In this document: positions 50,818 to 63,921 of the stretch, piece after piece
Layout: every line of letters begins with the position of its first letter
How positions within the stretch are numbered: position 1 is the first letter of the stretch
Source: Trichoplax adhaerens
Lineage: Eukaryota > Animalia > Placozoa
Direction of reading: 5' to 3'
Assembly (NCBI RefSeq): GCF_000150275.1
Contig: NW_002060945.1
Span: 1,678,199-1,742,198, forward strand
DNA: 64,000 nucleotides
The notes under the pieces: generated by a model
Told to the model about the DNA's origin: nothing
Databases searched by the model: none
What the model saw: the letters and a program-made list of their open reading frames with translations, nothing else
Program-made: the position numbers and the translations under genes

Positions 50818-52269
50818 TTAAGATAAATCGATTCGAGTTGCCGATACTGATTGTGGGAAATTTAACTTTGCCACTTTTTCGTGAGTTGCCCATTTACATA
50901 ACTTTAATCGAATTCGCCGCCTTCCAAAGATATAAATATAAGGACTAAGGATCGAATTTGCGTAGACAATACGACTAGTCCATAATTCTAGTATATGGAT
51001 ACCTTGGCCCAATAGCATATTTTGGCTGTCGAACAATCGAAGAGAGATAAATATCTGTCGTAAAAAGAAAAAGCGCGTCAACAGGAAAGGTCCATGATAA
51101 AACGATCATACTTTAGATAAAATTACACGTAGAATAGCACGGAATATGCAAATTAACTGATAGGAAAATAATTGATTTGACTATTTAAAAGCAGTGAACT
51201 AGCCAAAAAGGACTTAACTAAGATTGGAGTCATAATGCAACTTAACAAAATGCGATCAATTTTAATGAACTTAATTCTATAGGGCAGAATACTGCAAGCT
51301 AGTATAAATGGAGCTCAGTGCATAAATTTCATCAAAGGAAAGACTATGAAAGTAAAATATAATATTTTACTTTTTTAGAGCGCATAGAAGTAAATAATCA
51401 TGATTTTATTGTATTGGGAAGATTATGATTAATAAACTAAATTTACCGTTATATTAAGTAAAATATAGACTAACCGTATGGGGCAACCAAGATACACAAA
51501 ATGCCAGAGAAGTTAAAAGTAGAATGCACGTCATTTCTTTTTCGTCACTCATTTGGCGTTTACCTTTACGCTTAGCCATTTGCCGACTCTCACGTCTTTT
51601 CATGGTCATTTTGTATAGCGCCATGATAACAATACAGTTACAAGATATTGATAAAATAATACCAAAAAGATTATTAACAATAGTAACCCAAGCGAAAGCT
51701 TGATTGTCAGGACTGCCCCATTCGAAATTGCAATAGGTACATGGATAACGAAGTTTAATGGAATGTGGGCCAAATACTGGCAATAAAGAAACTATACCAG
51801 TATAAAGAGTTATTGCAAATAGTACTTTATTTACGAAACCTAGAGCGAAATGTTTATCATAAAGAAATGGCCAGACAAATGATATTAATCGCTCTATGCT
51901 CGAAGTTACGATAACATGAAAGGAGAAATTTTGAAAGAAGTAACGCGATAATGCGTAATAGTAGCAACCAAATTCGCCAAAAACCCAACGTTTTAGCCAA
52001 TAAGATGCAACACTTAGCGAATATGTACATATTGCAACCATGGTATCTGCAAAGCAGGATGTAAATAATAGTAGAAGAGGTATACGTTTCTGATAACGAA
52101 ATGATATCCAAGTTAAAACGCAGCCTAGTAAATTACTCCAGAAAATAGCTTGCTGAATAAATGTCCAGATGATGCCATTTTCAATTAAGATTTGATGTGT
52201 AACAGCGGTATTATAGCACCGAGTGTCTATCGATGTCAAATTGTTCTGCATTTTGGCTGTCGATATCAT
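50818..52269 (-). CDS. Class A GPCR, prostanoid-receptor-like, 343 aa. Exons 52269-51475, 51054-50818
   Basis: Seven TM helices; SSIERLIS..WPFLY in TM3/ICL2; ECL2 RYPCTYC resembles the prostanoid YPGTWC motif; TM6 VSWLP; TM7 SRIVYANSILSPYIY with the conserved Arg; a single coding intron at the end of TM6 as in prostanoid receptor genes. Confidence 0.8.
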
Positions 52270-55200
52270 GAAAATATTACCACATATATGTCAAGATATG
52301 CTGTTGGAATAAAATTAATTCTGGATTACCTTGAAAAAATGATAATATTGCGTGTTTTTTCCTTGGCCAAAGTGGCCATACTTCTAATTAATAGATTTTT
52401 ATACCTTACTTAGTGACTGGTCGTCATCAATTGCATTGAATAATAAAAAGTGAAAATTAAAATTATAATTTTAAATAGATAAAGAGTTGAAATATATCTG
52501 CGTAGTTAACGTCGATAAGCGATATGATATGTTCGACAGCTTCCTTTTCAGTATTTCATAATTACCTCATGCTGTTACTAAATTGAATTGAGAAAATCGC
52601 CGCTAACAATAGCTATAATATTAATTAGAAGCATCCAAGAAATAGATTAATTGACCTGATGACGGCTGAAATAACAGTTAACATCGCTACGGTATCAACG
52701 GCTACAGACAATGGTAGTTAATTATCCACAGCTTCCTCGAATACTATTATCGCCAACTTTGAATATATTTTTTAGAAAAATTAGCATATCATAGACATTT
52801 TAGTAAATAAGTTGTTATGATAAAGACAATAAAACATAATAATGACTATTCGACTAAACTAATTTAATACATTGCATTTGCTGTGTGATTTCTATGGCTA
52901 TGAATATATATAATATTGCATATTGTATTAACTTAATGTGATAGATAAACCTTTTTAGGTCAAGTTTAAAATTTTTTTACTTATAGAACATCCTTCAAGT
53001 AATATGACAGTAACCCATTATGATTATCATTGTTATTATAGTTATGATTATAATTAATATTATTTCATAGTTAATATCCATAGAAAGAAGAAATAGAATT
53101 TCCACCTTTGCACGGTGTGTTCTGGTGTGCAAGTAGAGTAAAAAATTAGTTACAATAAAATAGTTCTTTTCTTCTTATCTAAATACGATGTGACTTCGGC
53201 ATTTTAGATCTACTTGAAGTATTTTATAAGTTTTAGACAATAAATAGTAAATTAAGTACTAACTACTCAAGGCTAAACCAACGTTTTAAAATCGATTTGA
53301 TATTTTCTCAACTGTAAAGAACTCAATTCCGGTTTACTTTATTCTATATGTGCAATATTTTCTTAAAATTACACTAACTAATAAAATATTTACTCTTTAC
53401 TACTATGTCGAATATATTAATAAAGTTGCTTGCATAAATTATGAGACGCGAGATTAAAAAGAATTCTTTCTAATTACAATAAAGCATAGACAATTAGACT
53501 TTAGTATACTGATATAAGGTAGGTGCACTTTGTACGATATCACTTGAAGTATGATAGACGTATATTATTAAATATAGCTCTTTAGATAATAAAACTACCC
53601 GCTTATTGAATCACGGGCTGTAACCAAAAATGATTAAAGTGTTTACTTTAATACTTTGGCATAGAAGAAATAATAATGTTACCTTAAGTTACCGATGTCC
53701 TTGATTGGCAATTATTTGGTTTTAATCTTATAACATCATGAGTATCTAGTGATTTATAACATAGCTATAGATGATTTATAAAATTTTTCAAATTAAAAGA
53801 ATTAATTAATGTTTCTTACATAGTTATAATAAACTATAAATTGATCGTGTAATTATTTCATAAATAAATAATGGCCTTTTAGCTACGGTGCCTTTTCGTT
53901 ATTGCAGTGCATCAATTAATTAATTGCGGAATATTTATTATAGCAGCTGTCTACTAAACTAATTCGGATGTCTGTCTATTTCCAATGTAAATCAGTAGTT
54001 TTAATTCAAATATTGATCTTACAGTAACAATAGCTCTTTTAAATCTTTATCGGAATAATATCATAAAATAAATAACATAGGGATTTTTGCGCAATAATTA
54101 CGCATTGTCTTTTATAGGGTAAATTTGATAAAGTACCAATTATTTCTACTTTAGAGTTGAAAAATAAGCTATACTGCCTTTGTTTTATTCGGAAGTTTAA
54201 TTAAGTATGGAGGCTGAATACAAACTCTGATTAACATGCAAGAAACATGTTAATGATGTTATATGATAATTTGTAATTCGAAAAATAGTCTATTTCTTTT
54301 TCGACCCAATGACCTATCAAGGTTAAAAATGGGTGTAGATGCTTCCGTAAAAAAATTTTAAAATTTTGCTAACATGATTTTACTCTTAACACAATTTAGA
54401 GGTCATTGGTGCATAGATTTGATGGTCCTGCGTAAATTAAAATGTAACCGTAATAAGTCAACCATTTGGTACGTGATTTCTTCGCATAGTTTAATATTAA
54501 TAGCATAATAAAAAATATGAAATATTATTTATAAACAACACCTGAATTATATACACCAGTAATTGATCGAGTATAGTTTACACCTGATTTGACCAGATTG
54601 TATACTACCATGCTTGTTGAATCGATCATAAAGTTTTCTTGTCAATAGGTTAATAATACTAATGTAGGTTTCGTAAGTCTAAACTATGGAGCAGAACTAA
54701 ACATTAATAACTTTTTTTCTAACAGCTACCGAATATTACTATTGGTGACAACTCTGGATTATTTATAGATCAATATAGAGAATATCCGAAATGACTAGAA
54801 CAATGCATCGTAATCATTTAATTTTCTTTTACTTTACACTTGTCTTTCTTTCTTCTTTTAAATCGCTTCACTTCTAATATGCCCTTACAAATATCATCAA
54901 ATGGCACAAAATGCTGCTTCATAGGTTACAACTGCCTTCTTTGCTAATGCAATTATAAAATATCTAGCCAGTGGCATATTTAAGAGATAAAATTGTATTA
55001 CACAGCGTGCGAATAAGCTGTCCATTGCTAATTTGATGATAATAACCTGATCTTTTGAGACGCTCAATAACAGGATTAATTATCTTAATGTAATGGTTGT
55101 TGTTATCCATAAGGACGCGAAATAAGAACTTAAGGTAATTAAAGCTATAAATGAATAGATAAATTTTAGACTCCATTTAAAGTAGTACTTACGCGTAAAA

Positions 55201-57758
55201 TTAGATTTGTTTTTTAATATGGATGAAGATATTTAGACGTGAAAAAAATTGCTGTAATTATTGTATGCAGTACCTAGTACAAAAGTATAGCATTATTTAG
55301 AGTTGTATATAATAGCTCATTATTTCCCTCTAACGAAGATGGAATTACTATCTACAAATGATAAGATTTGAACTTAGTAATGTATAGCGGAATACGTTAT
55401 TCATTTTATCTTGATATCAAATTGAATTTTAGCTTTGGTTATTTTGTTTACTGTATTAATCAATCTCAAAATATCTCACTACACGGGATGAATAATATAA
55501 TAAATTGTGTTACGTATATGTATGCCGTATGTGGTGTACAATTTCCATTGCATATCTAACAGATCCGGGCAGATGCTATGATTTATTCATACTTATTTAC
55601 CGTTATTAATTAACTACGTAGTTAATATACAGCAGCTATTATTCAGGAAGATTTTAATCTAATCTGAAAGATAAGAAAAAACCGTGATTTTCGTATACCC
55701 TCAATGCTATTTAAAATTAGTATATAATGTATTGATATTGATGATGACAGTATTAGCTTGCTACGTAAGCGTCAAGTACGAGAACTTGTAACCTATATCC
55801 CTTACAATTAGAATTTTTGTGAATCGTGATAATATTTGAATTTGATAGGACCGTCTACACATCTTTTACGATCAATACATATATCGAAATTCTATTTCTT
55901 TTGCACTAATCGTTACATATGGATACCATTAGGCTAATAATAAAAAAAGCGTTTGCAAAGTAGGTATGATCCTAAATCTGATACCTTTATCAGTAAAGAG
56001 AATTCTGAAATTGTTCATCTAAATATATAGACATCAATCTGAAATATGAGTACATGTAAACCAATCGATCACCATTGAAACATGTTACTTGCAATTACTG
56101 TGCACATCTTCTATCTGATTATTGTCAAGTACAGTATAGCAATTGAAGTTTTTACTTTAATTGCTAAAATTTGAAATGTATATGAATAATTATACGCGTA
56201 TATATCATCTAGTGCGGTCAGGAAATCTGAGTAGGCAACCAGCTTTGGTTCTCTCACATAGATACTTTATCAACGCGGATAGACCTTGCAAAATAGTACA
56301 CATATATACTATATGACGAAAATCTTGGCCACGTCATGTCGAAAATAAAAAAAATAAAAGTAGATGATAACTGCACCATATTTCGATATGGACTACAATC
56401 TAAACTTTTTATGAACTACATTTAAATTTAAATTTGAACTTATTACATTACTGATATTGATAATTTAATATTAGTACTAGGGAATACCCGCTCTGCAAGC
56501 AGTTACCCGGCTTAAGTTCATAAATCAATGAGGAGTTTTTACGGCACACGATATCATTTAACACTAAAAATTACAGATTACTATAGAATTTCTATGCGGC
56601 AGTTTTACAGTATTCCGATTATATATAATAATTTTATAATGAACAGAACGAATTGCCGAGATTCATATATATAACCTGACAGAATAGTAAAAGTACTTTA
56701 TTTTTGGAAAATAACAATACGAAGTACTCTTCCTGTTCTAATGTTCCTAAGATATTGCAAATTCATTTATGTTACGAAATGAATGTTGCATGATCCTTTA
56801 ACATTGTATGCATTGGTTATGTAAGATATTTATTGTAGTGCGTGGATTATACATTTTAAAATATCAGCGGTTCTCTTGCATCATATATCGGATGCTGATT
56901 GCAGTATTTTATATTTGTAGGCGTATACATTATGCTAGAGCTATTGGCCAAGTGATAATGTTATTTGAATGGCTTTAGTAATCCTAACGATTAGGAAAGT
57001 AAAGACAAAAGGAAAATTGCAATACTGTGCAAAAGCGTAATCTTACTGGACATCCTATCATTCATCATAGCTATAGAAACTGCAACTAGTTCTAGTTATT
57101 CGGTTTAAATAGAATGAAAATTTTAGCAGGTGAATAATTCATGCACATATGGAACAATTTTGTAAATCATTTACAGATTCAGTCAGTATTCATAATTATA
57201 TCTTGAAATTGGGGGTATTTTTGATAGAATGGCGAGTAAAGCACAAAGCGAGCTTTTATCACTACACCAATGATTATATAATTTATTTAAATTGCGCAAT
57301 AGAATGTGTGTACCCTCAATTTATGCTTATGCATGGTGCCCAATATAAAGTAAGTAATCAATTAATTAATTATAGTTGGCTGTCTAAATGTCCATAATTA
57401 AGCGCAACTGTCTATGCCGGATTGGTTTGATATAAAAGTTGCAACTATAAGCGGTACAGTAGGGTGTCTTTTGAATATTAGGATAAATCTATGCACCGTT
57501 ACCTTAAATTTAATTGAAAATGCAATCTATGTACGTAACTTCCATGCTGTAATTTTACTTCAGTATACGAAAGTGGTCGTCAATATTGTTCTGGTTGTCC
57601 CGAAAATACAATATGCATAGGATACAAGTATCTATGTCACGCAGTATGAATTGTAAAGTTGCTATTAGTTTGATGAAATTGGAGCACGTAGCTTTTTGTT
57701 TAAGTATTCTAGTGCGATACTGCACACTAATGAGACTTTTAAATTCTATCCTTCGAAT

Positions 57759-57974
57759 TTATTTTGCTAAAATGAGTTTATCGGCGATATTTGCTAAGCC
57801 TTCCGCGCAAGCATCCACAAGACTTTCATCTATTCTAAAAAAGAATAAAATTAAACCAATCAGTATTTCCTTCACACTGTAAGGTCTCTCACAACAATGA
57901 TTTCCTCTGCATTATCCATTCTAGTTTTACATAATATCGCCCATTATATCCATTTCAAATTTAGCAGCAGTCAT
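57759..57974 (-). CDS. Hypothetical 39-aa two-exon micro-ORF with a BH3-like motif (exons 57974-57931, 57834-57759)
   Basis: Reads MTAAKFEMDIMGDII-IDESLVDACAEGLANIADKLILAK* across a 96-nt GT-AG intron with a strong polypyrimidine acceptor. Speculative. Confidence 0.3.
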
Positions 57975-58398
57975 ATGTTTCTAATTTGCCATCTGGATAT
58001 ATTTTTTTTTTCTCGAGAGTACTAACCAGAGCATTTAATTCAAGATATGTGTGAATATACTGTACACTTTGTAACCTTTTTAGAGTTTCCGTATCATAGC
58101 ACTACAGTACTGTACGGTACAAGGAATCAGGTGTTTGGGTCATTAAATATGCATTCTGTGCACTGAGTGTACAGCATATTCATGGCATATCGATTCAGTT
58201 AATTCATGAATTTTAAAAAGGACTTTTCCATGCATGGGCTTAGACCAGTGTTGAATACTGGTTTAGACGGAGAGCAACAAGATGGTACAAAGAAAGCCTT
58301 AACTGCTGACATTATGGCTGGCAGAGTTATGGACTACTACTGCAGAAGAATCTTTCCAGCAGTCCTTGAGCTTCACTGTACCGTACAATTTGAGTAGT

Positions 58399-58483
58399 CA
58401 GGGACTACTCAACTAAAAATTTTCCCTTTCAAAATTTTTTAGTTACGTCTTTGAGGGGAGAATTTTTAGTTGACTAGTCCCTG
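58399..58483. mobile_element. 85-bp inverted-repeat element (MITE-like, CAGGG termini)
   Basis: Left arm CAGGGACTACTCAACTAAAAATTTTCCCTTTCAAA pairs with right arm TTTGAGGGGAGAATTTTTAGTTGACTAGTCCCTG. Flanks gagtagt and cagtagt are only an imperfect target-site duplication. Confidence 0.5.
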
Positions 58484-58906
58484 CAGTAGTTCTATAGCAG
58501 AGTTTCCTCGCACTGCAGTATGGACCAGTAGAAATGGTCGTTTGCGAGTCAAAAATTTTCCCTTTAAAATTAAAAAATGTTTTAGTTACGGCTTTGAGGG
58601 GAGAATTTTTAGTTGACTAGTCCCTTCAGTAGTTCTATAGCAGAGCTTCCTGGCACTGCAGCATGAACCAGTAGAAATGGTCGTTTGCGAGTCAAAAATT
58701 TTCCCTTTAAAATTAGAGAAAATTACTTATATGCCACAGCATATTTTCGTATTTACTAATATGCCATTGGAAACTTCAGTAATTAAAAAATGTTTTAGTT
58801 ACGGCTTTGAGGGAAGAATTTTTAGTTGACTAGTCCCTGCAGTAATTCTATAGCAGAGCTTCCTGGCACTGCAGCATGGACCAGTAGAAATGGTCGTTTT
58901 CGAGTC
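58436..58906. repeat. Three direct copies of a ~115-bp unit containing the right arm of the inverted element
   Basis: ttttagttacg.ctttgagggga.aatttttagttgactagtccct.cagta.ttctatagcagag...accagtagaaatggtcgttt.cgagtc at about 58436-58550, 58580-58693 and 58793-58906. Confidence 0.92.
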
Positions 58907-58914
58907 CTTCACTA

Positions 58915-59100
58915 ACTGAACTACTGTACTGTACAGTACAGTACAGCATTTCACGTACTGTACTGTACACTGTACCAAATAATACTGTGTCATGTACAGT
59001 ATGCTGTTATCCAGGTCGTAGAACTGTTTGTCACACCTTCAGTATGGTAATATACTGTACTGTACCATGCACAATACGCGTATTGTACGTACAGTACGTT
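58915..59100. repeat. ACAGT/ACTGT repeat island upstream of TOP2
   Basis: ctactgtactgtacagtacagtacag...gtactgtactgtacactgtac and further copies up to 59098. Confidence 0.8.
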
Positions 59101-59223
59101 ATCACGGCTTATCGAAGTCATCAAAGGTGTAGCGTCAAGTTAAAACCTGTTTGAATTCATCGACCGTTCGAACTTGTAACCGTCAACCAAATTCAAAATT
59201 TGAAAACATAAATAGTGTGACAT

Positions 59224-59362
59224 ACTTCCGGCGACAGCCTACACGAACGTACTACACTGCGCAAGTATAAATAAGCAGACTCAAGCAAATGCAGTCATTC
59301 AATTGCTTGCTTCAGTCGAGATTTATTCCTTGCATTTACTTTCTTTATTGACGATTGTCCAG
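59224..59362 (+). promoter_or_regulatory. Probable TOP2 promoter and non-coding first exon
   Basis: ETS-like ACTTCCGG at 59224-59231, TGCGCA near 59258, CpG-richer patch directly after the ACAGT island, and a splice donor CAG|GTAAC at about 59362. Confidence 0.4.
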
Positions 59363-60204
59363 GTAACACTAAGATTCCTGAAATTGAGGAAGCTAACCTG
59401 TAACTACTACTACTACGATTTACTTTGTTATTTTCATTGGTGAATATCTTGCACTAATTAGTCATTATGGCTTTGGTAGAAAGAACTTTGGTAAGTAGAT
59501 GTTGATCCTCAAAAGATGATAATAATAATTCATTATTGAACGTTCATAGAAGAAATTTGAAACCCAAATCTCAAATACTGTTCTGTTGACTATTATTATT
59601 TTATTATGAGTTCTTGATTCTGTGTGTAGGTGAATTGCACGCTTACAATATTTAACGTATTCATTTGTACGGTATATAATTTTATACATAAAATAAAGAG
59701 TAATAGATATTACTATTTATTTATACTGTAGTTTAAATGATTCAGTAAAAGCGTCAGATTTTGGACTCTTCTAATCACAGAATTAGCCTTGCTGACGTTA
59801 CGGTTGTCATTGTAAATTCAAAGTACACTGTGCATATTCCTTTACAGTCCTACATAGACCTTCGCATATTTTTGAGTGCATAATTAACAGCTAATATTTA
59901 AAATTAAGTAAAATTAATCAATCATACACATATGTAGTTATTACAGACAGACCTTTGACTAGGTTCTCGAGCAGCTATTTCGTGCGGAAAATTAAAATTC
60001 CACCGTTTACTGTACTACTATAATATTTCACTTCCTGAAAGTGCATCAAAGTATTCGTATCCTGCACACTTTTAATTAGGCACCGATATTTTTATACCGG
60101 TGGCGATCATTTATAAATACAGTAACTCCATAGTACCGTATAGTGTTCGGTGAATAGTGAAGCTAAACTTAATAGAGACTCCAAAGTCTTAACACTATTG
60201 CACC

Positions 60205-60815
60205 GTACTGTACACATAGAATCACTCACTATACAGTACAGTATTGTCCAATTTTCCAGTGAAATTAGTGCGTCAGTGGTCAATGCTGATATATATGTCA
60301 CGTCATATATATATGCTGTAGACATTTTAGATTGATTTTTGGATTTTAATTTTTTTACATAGTAGCAAATTCTCTTCTTTTATTATCAAGTAGTCCCTGG
60401 TAAATGCTAATCGTTCATGGCCACACATGCTCATGAAGTTTACTCCATTATAACTTTTTCGCGCAGTGATATTGCATATCATTGATGGATGTAGTATTGT
60501 CATTTTATTATTGCACAGTACTGGACTACACATAGAGTCACTGTACAGTACATTAATACAGTATTGTCCAATTTTTCAGTGAAATTAGTGAGTCAGTGGT
60601 CAATGCTGATATATATATAAATGCTGTAGACATTTTAGATTGATTTTTGGATTTTACTTTTTTTACATAGTAGCAAATTCTCTTCTTTCATTATCAAGTA
60701 GTCCTTGGTAAATGCTAATCGTTCATGGCCACACATACTCATGAAGTTTACTCTATTATAACTATTTAGCGCAGTGATATTGCATATCATTGATGGATGT
60801 AGTATTGTCATTTTA
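60205..60815. repeat. About 310-bp direct tandem duplication upstream of the TOP2 coding exons
   Basis: cacataga.tcact...cagtattgtccaatttt.cagtgaaattagtg...gatggatgtagtattgtcatttta occurs twice (about 60205-60510 and 60520-60815). Confidence 0.92.
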
Positions 60816-61949
60816 ATTGATTTTTGAAAAAAACCGCCAATGATGGAGTATGCGCTTATCGCACTAATTTTTTCACGGTTATAGTACGGTACTAAAATTA
60901 AGTACTCTGTTCAGTTAAATACGCGAACAAATCCTAGAAACTATACGATTGAACCACCACTTTAGCTATGATTTCCGACACTAATCTGGAGATCTGAAGA
61001 CGCAGTTGCTTGAGTATGTGACACGTAATGTACAGTAGTCGTCTTTTTGTCCGCAAGACCTCAATCTGAATTAATTATTGTGCAGGAACAGTGTGTGTAG
61101 CATAGTGTTCCAGGTCTTTCTAGGAAAATATCATCCTGTTGCATAGTCCTTACCGATTTTTTATTGCTAATAGCAAGTCGAAAATGACGTCCGCAGTTAT
61201 TAGACCTTGCGTCGACTAATTTGACATCTTTAGATACTATGCTATCTTCTGCTTGGTTAACTATTGTATCAGCTCTTTAATTTGTTATTGCTAATTACTA
61301 GCAAAGTACACCTTGCTGAGTATTATTATTAATAATCTAGTTTGCATCAAAATAATATTTCCTACTATATTGTATAATAGATGGTATATATGTACGATAT
61401 ACGCACCTATATTACGTTATATCACTAGTATAAAATAGAAGGAAATATTCAAATTAAAACTTTGGGCCGATAACTGAATACGAAAAATGAAGAAATACAA
61501 AAGTCAGCTTGCTGACGAAGATATTTTATATCTTGGATGTAACCTCTTGGTATATTGACATATTATCATAGTTATACACAATTATGACATACGCTACATG
61601 ACTGTACAACTTGGTATTCATAGTATCTTGCTGATCTAACTAGATGGGATCCTAGTCCTAGTTTTACGTTTTTTTTATGTTATTAACAGTAAAAATCATG
61701 TCATCCAACAAGATTAGACATTACAATATAAAGTTGATAATTATGCTTATATTCTAGACTCGATATAATTTATTATTCCCAATTAAAACAGATACTGCTT
61801 TACTACTATATTTCGATCTAAAGTCTGGAATAGCAATTCTCTTGTCTCATTGTCTACTTCTGAAGTTTTATCAAACAATCTATCTAGTACTTATCAATTA
61901 GATTTCGCACTGCTAACATGCGATATATGGCATGTATTTCAATTAATAG

Positions 61950-63921
61950 GAAAACTCTGTGGTAGATGGCGTTAAGAAGAAGACTCCTAGCAAGAAAAAC
62001 AAGCGATTATCTGTCGAAAGGATCTATCAAAAGAAATCGCAATTGGAACACATACTCCTTAGACCCGATACCTATATCGGATCAGTTGAGCATATCACGC
62101 AAACTATGTGGGTTATCGAGGATGGCAAGATGATGAATAAGAGCATTACTTATCCTCCTGGCTTGTATAAAATCTTTGATGAAATTTTAGGTGTGCTACT
62201 CACTAATGCAAACTGTATCATACCTTTGATAGAATACGTACAATATTATTACAATGAATCAATGATTATTAAAATACTTTTCAAGCTTGCTCTTTTGTCC
62301 TAAATGCAACGTCTAAATTATTATTTCTTTCATTTTGTATACTAGTTAATGCCGCGGATAATAAGCAACGAGATCCAAGGATGGATACCATCAAAATTAC
62401 AATTGACCCGTAAGGATTTTACATTCGGAATAGTTGTCATTAATATTTCACAAGGAATACGTGAATTGTATCTATAAAATTTCTATCGATTTCCTGTACT
62501 AACTTATGTAAACATAAATTTTTGCTTCACAGCGAAAACAACTTGCTTAAAATTTGGAATAATGGGCGCGGTATTCCAGTAGAAATACACCGTGAAGAAA
62601 ATGTCTATGTACCGACCTTAATATTTGGTCACTTATTAACATCGAGTAATTATAACGATGATGAGCGCAAAGTTACCGGCGGCAGAAATGGATACGGTGC
62701 TAAACTTTGCAATATATTCAGCACAGAATTTAAAGTGGAAACTTATTCTGCTGACTCTGGTAAACAATTCTCACAGGTAATGAATTTATTAGTTTCGATT
62801 CAAGTTATGAATCGATTCTTATATGTATTTATCTACTTGGCTAATACAGCATTCACATCGTTATATTTAGACTTGGAATAACAATATGTCTAAGGCACGA
62901 GAACCTAAGATTACCGCAATTGAAAAATCCAAGCAAGAATTTACGTGTATTACTTTTAAACCAGATTTACAAAAATTTGGTTTAACACATCTGACTTCCG
63001 ATATTGTTTCGCTAATGACTCGCCGAGCTTACGATATAGCTGCAGCAGCTAGAGGTGTTAAAGTTTATTTGAATGGTGATCGAATACCTGTAAGTATTGC
63101 AGTTATGTATTTGTTCTCCTGCTAATGATTGCCGTTATACATAAATAGATGATTTCTACTACATTTTGATGAAGTAATAAAACTCATGTTGGGAACTAAA
63201 ATATAACATTTGCCATCTTAAAGATAAAAACGTTTAAGGATTATGTGGAACTGTTTCTGGCAAATGAAGAAAAGGATGATGGAGAAGAAGACAAGGAAAA
63301 ACGTAAAATCACTCACGAAATTGTTAATGGTCGGTGGGAAGTTTGCTTGACAGCTAGTGATAGAGGCTTTCAGCAAGCAAGCTTCGTCAATAGCATAGCT
63401 ACTACGAAGGTAAAATTAATAATATTAATGCTGATATTATCTCGTGTATAGAAGTATAAAGGAATTATAAGAAAGTTGACGCTAAATTATCTAGATCAGT
63501 CAACGTGATTCTTGCTTATCACAATAGGGTGGTACTCATGTCAATCATGTCGTGGATCAGTTAGTTGAAAAGTTGATGGGCGCAGTTAAAAAGAAGAACA
63601 AAGGTGGAATCGATGTAAAGCCTTATCAAATTAAAAATCATATGTGGGTCTTTATCAATTGCTTGATCGAAAATCCATCGTTTGACTCTCAAACAAAAGA
63701 AAATATGACACTTCGTGCTAAATCTTTCGGATCGTCCTGTAATTTGAGCGAAAAATTTATTAAAGGAGTAAGCTTAATTTGGTATAGTTTATGGCCAAAT
63801 CTAGTGTATATATATGCATACACAACGTAACTTTTGCTTAAGGACGATACTATTTATTCGCTAGGCTTTGGGATGCGGTGTTGTCGAAAGAATATTGAAT
63901 TGGGTTAGGTTTAAAACTCAG
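61950..63921 (+). CDS. TOP2: DNA topoisomerase II, N-terminal GHKL ATPase region; start exon unresolved and 3' end beyond the window. Exons 61950-62190, 62346-62409, 62533-62776, 62871-63089, 63224-63409, 63528-63767, 63865-63921
   Basis: RLSVERIYQKKSQLEHILLRPDTYIGS, PGLYKIFDEILVNAADNKQRD, IWNNGRGIP, LLTSSNYNDDERKVTGGRNGYGAKLCNIFST, SFVNSIATTKGGTHV, INCLIENPSFDSQTKE. Confidence 0.97.

Noticed and set aside
54820-55200. Exon-like segments in the long region upstream of the GPCR
   Set aside because: No consistent spliced frame or homology could be assembled by eye.
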